A stretch of DNA of 64,000 bases, from assembly GCA_038727515.1 (NCBI GenBank), contig JAVYVS010000002.1, positions 160,001 to 224,000 on the forward strand, in the 5' to 3' direction. Source of the DNA: Candidatus Methanomethylicia archaeon (GTDB lineage: Archaea; Thermoproteota; Methanomethylicia; Culexarchaeales; Culexarchaeaceae). Below, one piece after another: positions 1 through 8,709 of the stretch (the stretch's first letter is position 1; every line of letters starts with the position of its first letter). The translations under genes were made by a program, and so were the position numbers. The notes beneath the pieces are model-generated. The model did not search any database and had not been told where the DNA came from. It saw only the letters and a program-made list of their open reading frames with translations.

Positions 1-52
1 TTATTCTCGGTGCAAGTTCTCTTTTTGCAATTATTTGATTTTTCTGCGGCAT
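1..52 (-). CDS. 5' fragment of a gene running off the window; possibly a SudB/NfnB/PyrK-like FAD/NAD-binding subunit
   Basis: Minus-strand ATG at 52 preceded by GTGGTG; reads MPQKNQIIAKRELAPRI, resembling the N-terminus of that family; only 17 codons visible. Confidence 0.35.
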   Translation of the reverse strand, partial: MPQKNQIIAKRELAPRI

Positions 53-195
53 TACCACCACTCATATGTAAGGATTTTCTGCTACACATTTCTATGTGGA
101 ATATTTAATCATTTCGAATACAATATTAAATTTCATTTGAGGCAACCACTTATATATATGTGTACTAATATTTCTATGGTTTTGGAGGGATTTTA

Positions 196-540
196 TTGGA
201 GGTTAAGTTTAAGGCTGTTGTTGCAAGTAAAAATGTTGTTAGAGCTCCTAATGGTGAAAAAATGTTTAGAATTGATTTAATTGAAGAAGAGGAATCTCCA
301 CCTCCAGTATTCTTCTCTTCTCAAGATTCTGAGTTAGCTAAGGATGTTCTTCCAATTATGCAACAAGTTATGAGGATGATGCCAATTCCGCTTTCCACAT
401 CACTTCAAATTCCACGTTTAACTTTATGGCTTACTGAAGATGAATGGAGTATGCTTGAACCTAAACCTGAATTAGGTGACTCTTTAACGGTAATCGTTTC
501 CAGTGGGAAAATCAAAATTTCTAAAGAAGAAGATTTATGA
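196..540 (+). CDS. Arcadin-1-like protein
   Basis: VVASKNVV...RIDLIEE...PPVFFS-QD-E...MQQVMRMMP...IPRLTLWLTEDE...GD pattern resembles Pyrobaculum arcadin-1 as I recall it; GGAGG upstream. Confidence 0.75.
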   Translation: MEVKFKAVVASKNVVRAPNGEKMFRIDLIEEEESPPPVFFSSQDSELAKDVLPIMQQVMRMMPIPLSTSLQIPRLTLWLTEDEWSMLEPKPELGDSLTVIVSSGKIKISKEEDL

Positions 541-546
541 AGAATT

Positions 547-957
547 TTATCTCATATATGTTAATTGCTGTTGAGGTTGCTGTTCTTCTTCTTCCAATGG
601 TAATGGAGGTATTATCTTCCCTTGCTCTATAACTTTCTTTAAATATTCCCCATATTTCTCAGTATGTTGTATATCAAATTCTGTTATAATCTTCATTATA
701 GACCATAATTTTTCCTGAACTTCTTTAACCATTTCCAATGGCATTAATCCTATTATTAATGGGTTTTGAAGCCATGCATCAAACCCCTTTATTGTTCTAG
801 CTATTTGTGAACATGCAGCTCTAGCTGCTATTATTAGTGATAATCTATCTGCTGCTTCAAGTTCACCTTCACTTTTCTTAACATATTCTAGAAATCTCTT
901 TTGTGAATTCACCCATGATTCTATATTCTGTATTATTGGGGGCTTATCCCTATGCAT
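547..957 (-). CDS. DUF2153 family protein
   Basis: WVxxQ...ADRLxLI...IARTIKGFDAWLQNP...FDIQHT signature. Confidence 0.8.
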   Translation of the reverse strand: MHRDKPPIIQNIESWVNSQKRFLEYVKKSEGELEAADRLSLIIAARAACSQIARTIKGFDAWLQNPLIIGLMPLEMVKEVQEKLWSIMKIITEFDIQHTEKYGEYLKKVIEQGKIIPPLPLEEEEQQPQQQLTYMR

Positions 958-982
958 TTTATCTCCTCACCTCTTATTAGCA

Positions 983-1291
983 TTATCCCCTATATATGTG
1001 TTTGCCTCCTAAAATTTTCATTAATCCTCTAATACTTAGAAGATTATTTATTACTTTTAATTCCTCTTTAAAAATATCTTTAGATAATCTATCTGCGAGA
1101 TCCTTAGGAATACCATAATTCTCCATAATCCTACGCATCTTCCATTTATATATGTGGCATCTAACTTTCATCTTCATTTTCCACTCATATAACTCCATTA
1201 AAATCACTATTGAATTTAACAATATTTTTACCATTATTAATGCTATAGATATTATTGAGATTACCTTTACAATTTTACTCATCGACATCAA
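983..1291 (-). CDS. Hypothetical protein with N-terminal hydrophobic helix
   Basis: ORF co-oriented in a three-gene run; GIPKDLADRL helix. Confidence 0.6.
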   Translation of the reverse strand: MMSMSKIVKVISIISIALIMVKILLNSIVILMELYEWKMKMKVRCHIYKWKMRRIMENYGIPKDLADRLSKDIFKEELKVINNLLSIRGLMKILGGKHIYRG

Positions 1292-1303
1292 CTTTAACTA
1301 CTT

Positions 1304-1687
1304 CTATTCCTTCTTCTTCCACTTCTCCATTTCTTCCTTTAACTTTTCCAATTCTTCTAAATAACTCTTCCTTGGACCACTAAATCTTGAAATTAATTCT
1401 CCAAGTAGCTTCATTGGTGTTTGAGCTTCCTTTGCATAATTTTCTGTTAATCTTATTGCAACTTCATCAGGCAGTCCACTTTCCTTAAGCTTCTTATAGT
1501 ATTCACCTATACTTTTACCAATTCTTTCCCCTAAATCTGCTGCATATATTGCTGAGATCAATTCATTTATTAGTTTTGGCAATTTATCTATGAATTCTGA
1601 TATTACATTTAATACTTCTCTTAATTCAGCTACATCTTCAAATTCCTCTCTTCTCCTCCTCTCTTCCTTTCTTTCTTCATTTTGCAT
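1304..1687 (-). CDS. Conserved helical hypothetical protein
   Basis: GGAGGTGG RBS before ATG at 1687; YYKKLKESGLPDEVAIRLT motif. Confidence 0.7.
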   Translation of the reverse strand: MQNEERKEERRRREEFEDVAELREVLNVISEFIDKLPKLINELISAIYAADLGERIGKSIGEYYKKLKESGLPDEVAIRLTENYAKEAQTPMKLLGELISRFSGPRKSYLEELEKLKEEMEKWKKKE

Positions 1688-1804
1688 TTTTCCACCTCCA
1701 TATATCCACATATATGTTTATTGTGATTAATTTTTCCATAATAATTTAATCATTTTATGATCGATTATTATATTCAATTTTTATGGATATGATTTGAATT
1801 ATGA

Positions 1805-2218
1805 TTACAATAAATAATATACTTTTTCTCTCCCCTTCAGTTCCTCTTTCACTATACCTTTAGCTACTAATGCCTTCAACTTTCTAGATACTGTTAATCT
1901 TGAAGACCTCCCCCTCCTCCTTTTTATTTCTTTAGTTATTTGGGTTATGTTCATAGGTCCCATGTATGCTAATATGCGCATTATATCCTTTGATATTCCA
2001 TCCAACATTATGTTCCTAATCATCCTCTCAATATTTAGTATCCTTTTATATTCTGATGTTATAGTCCTATATGTTTCTATTCCACCTTCAAGTAATGAAA
2101 ATATATTGCTATCATTTCCTAAACCTAAAATCCTCTTTATAGTTTCTATTTCCCTTGATAGATGTTCAAGTAAATATTCAATTCTATCAAGTCTATCTAT
2201 TAAATCTCTCCTACCCAT
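1805..2218 (-). CDS. Winged-helix (ArsR-like) transcriptional regulator with N-terminal coiled coil
   Basis: C-terminal MNITQITKEI...SRLTVSRKLKALVAKGIV wHTH. Confidence 0.7.
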   Translation of the reverse strand: MGRRDLIDRLDRIEYLLEHLSREIETIKRILGLGNDSNIFSLLEGGIETYRTITSEYKRILNIERMIRNIMLDGISKDIMRILAYMGPMNITQITKEIKRRRGRSSRLTVSRKLKALVAKGIVKEELKGREKVYYLL

Positions 2219-2321
2219 TCGATTCCATTTAAGATTTACCTTTATAAGATAAATAAGTATTCCTCAATTTAATATTCGAGTTAAATTTTTATCTTAATTA
2301 GTTTTATCTTATTTTCTGGTA

Positions 2322-2798
2322 GTGTTGATGTATTATAATTATGATGTACCTTTTGTCTCAACTCCTGAAAACGTTGCTAGGAGAATGCTTCAGCTTTGTA
2401 ATGTTAAACCTGGAGAACTTGTTTATGATCTTGGTGCTGGTGATGGTAGAATTTTATTTATTGCAGCCAAAGAGTTTAAAGCTAGAGCTGTGGGTATTGA
2501 GATTAGACCTCAACTTGTTAAACAAATTGAAGAGAGGATTTTAGCTGAAAATCTTCAAGGTGTTGTTAGAATTATTCATGGAAACTTCTTTGATGTTAGT
2601 ATACGTGATGCAGATGTAGTTACAATGTATTTACTAACTAGTGTTAATGAGCGTTTAAAACCTAAACTTGAGAGAGAACTAAGACCTGGGACAAGAATTG
2701 TCTCACATGATTTTGAAATTCCAGGTTGGCGTCCAGTTAGAGTTGAAATAGTATCTGATGAGTGGAGTACACATAGAATATACCTTTATTATAGGTAG
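2322..2798 (+). CDS. SAM-dependent protein-lysine methyltransferase (aKMT/FAM173-like)
   Basis: VPFVSTP...YDLGAGDGR...VVTMYLLTSVNERLKPKLERELRPGTRIVSHDF. Confidence 0.85.
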   Translation: MLMYYNYDVPFVSTPENVARRMLQLCNVKPGELVYDLGAGDGRILFIAAKEFKARAVGIEIRPQLVKQIEERILAENLQGVVRIIHGNFFDVSIRDADVVTMYLLTSVNERLKPKLERELRPGTRIVSHDFEIPGWRPVRVEIVSDEWSTHRIYLYYR

Positions 2799-2818
2799 GT
2801 AAATCTACCTTTACTATT

Positions 2819-3214
2819 TTAAATTTTTCTCGTTAATATGTAGATGAATGTTAATAATGTTATTACAATTATAATTATTATTGATACTATTAATGTTAAT
2901 TCCAGCCCCTCTAAACCTTTTATGAATATTATTGGTATAAATGGGAATATTACTATTCCACCAGCTATTGTACCCCCCATGAATATCTGTGAAATCATTA
3001 TTATGATTATCCCAATGAATATCATTAAAAATCCTATCATTGAAATTTTGAATATGGTGTTTATAGTTTCTCCACCCATAATATTGGAATCCTCTATCTT
3101 AAGACATTTTATACACATCCATTTCTCCGTATCTAAGCATTCTTCACAGACTCTACATCCACAATTAATACATGTATATTTTGCATTTCTAATTCCACAT
3201 ATTTCACATTTCAT
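2819..3214 (-). CDS. Zn-finger plus membrane (DUF131-like) protein
   Basis: N-terminal CxxC..CxxC..CxxC..CxxC followed by TM helices with GGIVIFPFIPIIF. Confidence 0.65.
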   Translation of the reverse strand: MKCEICGIRNAKYTCINCGCRVCEECLDTEKWMCIKCLKIEDSNIMGGETINTIFKISMIGFLMIFIGIIIIMISQIFMGGTIAGGIVIFPFIPIIFIKGLEGLELTLIVSIIIIIVITLLTFIYILTRKI

Positions 3215-3474
3215 AGAATCCTAAACCTCCATAATGGAATTATTGATAATAGCATTAGTGTTATCATGATTAATAATGTTATTATAACCATAATCTTTAA
3301 TATCTTTGAGCTTGTCCCAAATATTATTGGGAATGGTCCTATAATTATTACTCCTCCACTTTCAACTCTACCACTAGATTTAGCTTTCATTATGGCTATA
3401 ATAGCTCCTAAAAATATTGTTAACACTCCAATTATTATCAGTATGAATCCTATAATGGATAAATCTATCATCAA
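3211..3474 (-). CDS. DUF131/TIGR00304 membrane protein
   Basis: GGVIIIGPFPIIFG signature between two TM helices. Confidence 0.8.
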   Translation of the reverse strand: MMIDLSIIGFILIIIGVLTIFLGAIIAIMKAKSSGRVESGGVIIIGPFPIIFGTSSKILKIMVIITLLIMITLMLLSIIPLWRFRIL

Positions 3475-3503
3475 ATCTTCAATATACTTGGGAAATTATA
3501 TTT

Positions 3504-3707
3504 TTAACTTTTCTTGGATTTAAATAGGTATATGGATGCTATAATTGCTAGTATTGTTGGTATATATATTATTAAAGCTTCAAATGTTATGTTAAATATT
3601 GTGATCCCAAGGATTCTTAATGTTATTGTTATTGTTGAAATGAAGATCATTATTAATGATGTTAAAAAGAAATTTCTCACTTCTTCATTTTCATATGTTT
3701 TTTGCAT
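3504..3707 (-). CDS. Small membrane protein
   Basis: Two hydrophobic helices; fills the intergenic space. Confidence 0.45.
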   Translation of the reverse strand: MQKTYENEEVRNFFLTSLIMIFISTITITLRILGITIFNITFEALIIYIPTILAIIASIYLFKSKKS

Positions 3708-3785
3708 ATAAACAATTTAGAAACAAATAAATATTAATATTTGTTAGATTATCTTCAAATTTTAACATTGGTTTTTGAGGTGTGT

Positions 3786-4109
3786 ATGACTTTGTACTTT
3801 GATTATGATATTGCTTCATCAGATGCAAGTAGTTACATGGATATTACTTCTAAGGTTTCACAGAAATTCTTTAAAAATATTGTTATAGGTCCACCTAGAC
3901 TTACTGGTTATGAGAAGGCTAGGATTATTGGGGCTAGAGCTTTGCAAATATCTCTTGGAGCTCCAGTTCTAATTAATGTTGAGGATAAAAATCTTTCACC
4001 AATAGAAATTGCTAGGATAGAATTGGAAAGAGGGGTTCTTCCATTAACTATTAGAAGGATTAAGCCTGATGGCTCTTGGCAAGACATTCCATTATCATGG
4101 CTAATATAG
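3786..4109 (+). CDS. rpo6: DNA-directed RNA polymerase subunit K (Rpo6)
   Basis: GPPRLTGYEKARIIGARALQISLGAP...ELERGVLPLTIRR; GAGGTG before ATG 3786. Confidence 0.95.
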   Translation: MTLYFDYDIASSDASSYMDITSKVSQKFFKNIVIGPPRLTGYEKARIIGARALQISLGAPVLINVEDKNLSPIEIARIELERGVLPLTIRRIKPDGSWQDIPLSWLI

Positions 4110-4158
4110 AAAACTTTAAATATTGATTTATATCTTGCATGTAATCGAAGATATAGAA

Positions 4159-4536
4159 ATGAATGTAACCAGTAAAGTGATTGTTGGGAAGCATGTCTAC
4201 GGTAATCTATATGATTGTGATGCAGAAATTCTTTCCAATGAACGTTTATTAAGGGATATAGCTATTGAGGCTGCTAAGATAGCTAATATGACTGTTTGGG
4301 ATGTGAAATCTTGGAAGTTTGGTGGAGAGAAGGGTGGAGTTTCAGTTATAGTTTTAGTTATTGAAAGTCATATTGCCATACATACTTGGACTGAGTATTC
4401 CTATGCTACATTAGATGTGTATACTTGTGGTGATAAGAGTGATCCTGAAAAAGCTTTTGATTACATAGCTTCAAAACTTAAACCAAGATATGTGAAGAAG
4501 TATTATGCTGATAGAAGTTCCTTTGCTGCTAATTGA
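4159..4536 (+). CDS. Pyruvoyl-dependent decarboxylase proenzyme (AdoMetDC family; most like crenarchaeal arginine decarboxylase)
   Basis: GKHVYGNLY, ESHIAIHTW self-cleavage site, DVYTCG; FGGEKGGVSV loop. Confidence 0.85.
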   Translation: MNVTSKVIVGKHVYGNLYDCDAEILSNERLLRDIAIEAAKIANMTVWDVKSWKFGGEKGGVSVIVLVIESHIAIHTWTEYSYATLDVYTCGDKSDPEKAFDYIASKLKPRYVKKYYADRSSFAAN

Positions 4537-4590
4537 GTTCTCAACATAAAACTTTAAAAATCAATTATTTATATCTATTTTTGAATTGTT

Positions 4591-5217
4591 ATGGTTATTG
4601 TTTTAACTGGTTTTGAACCTTATGGTGAAGAATCTTATAATCCATCTGGAGATATTGTAAAGAAGTTTAATGGTTTAAATTTTATGGGTGAAGAGATCGT
4701 TGGAGTGGTTTTACCAGTTTCTTTTGCTAAAGTTAAAGGATTATTGGAGAATCTCGTATTAAATTATAAACCTAGAATTTTATTGAGTTTAGGTCTTGCT
4801 CCAAGAGCATCTTGTGTACGTGTTGAGAGAATTGCCATAAATATTATGGATTCAGGTCCTGATAATGATGGTTATAAACCTGTGGATGAACCAATAATTG
4901 CTGGAGGTCCTACAGCCTTCTTCTCAACTTTACCGATTAAAGCTATTGTTAAACGTATGTTGGATTTAGGTATACCCGCATATATTTCTAATAGTGCCGG
5001 TACTTTCCTTTGTAATTGTGTTATGTATTTGGGTTTGTACTTTATGGATAGATTTAATGTTAATGGTAAAGCTGGCTTTATACATATACCATACACTATA
5101 GAACAAGCTTCAAGTAAGCTTAAAACTGGGGTTAGAGGTGAGCCTCCTCCCTCAATGAATTTCAATGATATTTTGAATGCTATTAAAGTGGCTCTAGAAG
5201 TTTCTCTACAATCATAA
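4591..5217 (+). CDS. pcp: Pyroglutamyl-peptidase I
   Basis: LTGFEPY, VERIAIN, SNSAGTFLCN (catalytic Cys), GFIHIP. Confidence 0.95.
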   Translation: MVIVLTGFEPYGEESYNPSGDIVKKFNGLNFMGEEIVGVVLPVSFAKVKGLLENLVLNYKPRILLSLGLAPRASCVRVERIAINIMDSGPDNDGYKPVDEPIIAGGPTAFFSTLPIKAIVKRMLDLGIPAYISNSAGTFLCNCVMYLGLYFMDRFNVNGKAGFIHIPYTIEQASSKLKTGVRGEPPPSMNFNDILNAIKVALEVSLQS

Positions 5218-5700
5218 TTGTCTAGCCATTACATATGCATCTTCACCATCAGCATAATATCCTTGTATCCTATTGGTTATTGTGTAATTCAATTTCTCAT
5301 ATAATCTTATTGCTGGATAATTGCTAACTCTAACTTCTAAGTATACTTCTGTCGCTCCATAGTTTTTCATTGCTTCCATGGCTTTAACCATTAAATTATA
5401 TCCTATACCCATCCTCCTATATTGTGGTAGTACTGCTATGGATATTACATGTCCCTTCTTTAATAATGCAAATTTGAAATTCGACATTCCATACTCTATT
5501 CTACACATAATATATCCCACTACTTCCCCATCTACATCTGCCACTAGGAATGCCTTTGGATATTTCCTATAGTGTTGCATAAAGAATGATTGTGAATAGT
5601 TTTCTGGTAGGCATTTCCTATTTATATCCATGACTATTGGTATATCTTTTAATGTGACTTCCCTTATCGTATACTTTATAGTAGGCAATAATTTCCCCAA
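5212..5700 (-). CDS. N-terminal protein acetyltransferase (Ard1/RimI-like GNAT)
   Basis: LPENY, GHVISIAVLPQYRRMGIG, LEVRVSN, YYADGEDA. Confidence 0.9.
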   Translation of the reverse strand: MGKLLPTIKYTIREVTLKDIPIVMDINRKCLPENYSQSFFMQHYRKYPKAFLVADVDGEVVGYIMCRIEYGMSNFKFALLKKGHVISIAVLPQYRRMGIGYNLMVKAMEAMKNYGATEVYLEVRVSNYPAIRLYEKLNYTITNRIQGYYADGEDAYVMARQL

Positions 5701-5758
5701 GACAATTTATGGTAGAAATATTTTTAGGTTTTACTCATCATGATTTAAATAGAATTTT

Positions 5759-6886
5759 ATGGGGGAACAATCTATAAGTAGTTTGCCGGAAACAACTCAA
5801 ACTCCTCAAACCCAATCAAAGGAACAGCTTATAGATTTTTTATCAATTGAAAATTTTGTTAAGAGATTCTTTGTAGTTGAAGATTTCTCTATACAATTTG
5901 GTGTTCCCACATTTATAGTATCCTATAAACCAGATTTAAAGGAATCCTTTATTTCCCTCTATAATTCTATTAAAGGTTCTGGTTATATGCCGACGCTTAG
6001 AAGGCATGAGGGTAAAATTGTTCTAAGAATTTTTAAGGTTGATGAAGAACGTCATGGTAGGAGTGGAATTATAACTGCAATACTTCTTTTCTTTGCAACT
6101 TTAGCAGCAATAATCTATAGTGGATATCTACAAGTTAATAGTGTATCTTTTGATATTGTAGATCCATATCGTAATATTATTTTGAATTTAGTGTTGTATA
6201 CTGCTTGTCTCTTATCTATTGCTGTCCTCCATGAATTTGGTCATAAGATTGCTTCAAAATTTCATGGTGTTGAAACTAGCCTTCCATATTTTATTCCAGG
6301 CCCTCCGGAGATTGGTGGAACTATGGGTGCAATTATAGTTCAACGTTCACCTATGGTGAATAGAGATCAACTTTTTGATGTTGGTTTAAGTGGACCTTTA
6401 CTTGGTTTTTCAGCGGCTATACTTGTATCTATATTGGGTGTTCGATTATCATATGTCATTCCTAAACAAATGGTGTATGGTATGTATATTCCAGTTCCAA
6501 TGATATTCGATTTTATAGTTCAATTTATTAAACCCTTTAATCCAGTTTATTATGATCTACTTTTACATCCAGTAGCTTTTGCAGGATGGATTGGTTTTTT
6601 GATAACCTTCATAAATTTAATGCCTATATCTCAACTTGATGGTGGACATATTTCAAGAGCTATGTTTGGAGGAAAGTATTATAGGGTTATCTCATATATT
6701 GGAATTGCAGTTTTAATGTTTTCTGGATATTTATTAATGGCTATTTTAGCATTGTTTATGCAAATTTATAGAGATCATCCTGGACCTTTGGATGATGTTT
6801 CTTCATTGAGTTTTAAGCGGAAGATTATAGGTTCAATACTTCTACCAACATTACTACTACTTTGCTTTACATCCTTTTATTACTAG
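5759..6886 (+). CDS. Site-2 protease (M50) family intramembrane metalloprotease
   Basis: HEFGH zinc motif, NLMPISQLDGGH. Confidence 0.9.
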   Translation: MGEQSISSLPETTQTPQTQSKEQLIDFLSIENFVKRFFVVEDFSIQFGVPTFIVSYKPDLKESFISLYNSIKGSGYMPTLRRHEGKIVLRIFKVDEERHGRSGIITAILLFFATLAAIIYSGYLQVNSVSFDIVDPYRNIILNLVLYTACLLSIAVLHEFGHKIASKFHGVETSLPYFIPGPPEIGGTMGAIIVQRSPMVNRDQLFDVGLSGPLLGFSAAILVSILGVRLSYVIPKQMVYGMYIPVPMIFDFIVQFIKPFNPVYYDLLLHPVAFAGWIGFLITFINLMPISQLDGGHISRAMFGGKYYRVISYIGIAVLMFSGYLLMAILALFMQIYRDHPGPLDDVSSLSFKRKIIGSILLPTLLLLCFTSFYY

Positions 6887-6925
6887 GTTAAGGCGAAAAA
6901 TTTTAAATCTCCTATACCATATTTA

Positions 6926-7560
6926 GTGAGGGTTTTATTGTCTTGGAATTATTTAAAATGGAATTTGGCTGTTGAAATTGTGAAGAGGATTTTTAATTGT
7001 GGTGCAATATTGTTTGGAGAATTCACTTTAACTTCAGGTTTAAAGAGTCCATACTATATAGATTTAAGGGTTATACCATCATTTCCAGAGGATTTCATAA
7101 GAGTTTGTGATGCATATTATGAGATCATTATGAATGAAATTGGAGATTTCGATAGAATTGCTGGTGTTCCAACAGCTGGTATACCATTTGCAACTATGGT
7201 TGCATATAGAATGAAGAAACCATTGATATATGTTAGAAAGGAGGTGGAGAGAGCTCATGGTAGGGGGAGACTTGTTGAAGGCGTATTGAAAGCTGATGAT
7301 AAAGTTTTGATAATTGATGATGTTGCAACCACTGGTGAAAGTTTAATTTTAACCGCTGAATCCATTTTTACTTATGGTGGAAGAGTGGAGGATGTTGTAG
7401 TTTTAGTGGATAGGGAACAAGGGGCTAGTGATAACCTTTCAAAAAGAGGTTTAAAACTTCATTGTTTAATTAAGATTTCAGATGCTGCTAAAATATTATT
7501 TGAAGCAGGGTTAATTGATGATACATTGTATAATAAAATATTAAATTATGTTAGAGGGGG

Positions 7561-7564
<4 letters not shown>
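6926..7564 (+). CDS. pyrE: Orotate phosphoribosyltransferase
   Basis: [33 protein letters not shown] motif. Confidence 0.93.
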
Positions 7565-8112
<548 letters not shown>

Positions 8113-8174
8113 AAATATGCACCACAATATAAGGAGAAATTATATATTTATTAATATTAAGGTATTGTATCCTC

Positions 8175-8702
8175 TTATTTCTTTTTGTCTAAAATCATTT
8201 TAACGATTAATATTGAAGATACTATTATTATTGATGGTATTACCCATTGCCATAAGTTAAGTGTTATTAATCCTATGTATGGTAGTTTAAATATTACTAA
8301 TCCAATTATGTCATTTTTTGTTAATGTAAATGGATCTGGATAGATATTTGCATCACCCTTAGTTTTAATGTATAATTCTCCATTAATTTTCTGTATGCTT
8401 ATTATCCTATGAACCCATGGTACGCCACTATAATATGGTTTTGGAGGATTGAATACTATTATATCTCCAACTTTTAATTCTCCAGGGTTTGCTCCTTTTA
8501 TCACTATTACATCTCCAATATTAAGTGTTGGCTGCATACTTCCAGAAGCTACAACTAAGAATGGTGTTGGTGTACCTAATACTAATCCTACACCGTAGTA
8601 TATCCCCCTTGAAATTATGATAGCCAATATAACCATTAAAATATACCCAATTAATTCCCTCTTTAAATCCCTCTTCCCATTATTTTTAGTCATAGCCATC
8701 AT
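8175..8702 (-). CDS. Signal peptidase I (archaeal/Sec11-type)
   Basis: VASGSMQPTL, GDIIVF, VHRI, TKGDAN; GGAGG before ATG 8702. Confidence 0.9.
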   Translation of the reverse strand: MMAMTKNNGKRDLKRELIGYILMVILAIIISRGIYYGVGLVLGTPTPFLVVASGSMQPTLNIGDVIVIKGANPGELKVGDIIVFNPPKPYYSGVPWVHRIISIQKINGELYIKTKGDANIYPDPFTLTKNDIIGLVIFKLPYIGLITLNLWQWVIPSIIIVSSILIVKMILDKKK

Positions 8703-8709
8703 AAACCTC

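Noticed and set aside
547-600. Q/E-rich tail of DUF2153 ending TYMR as an HbYX motif
   Set aside because: Tyr is not penultimate; likely just a low-complexity tail
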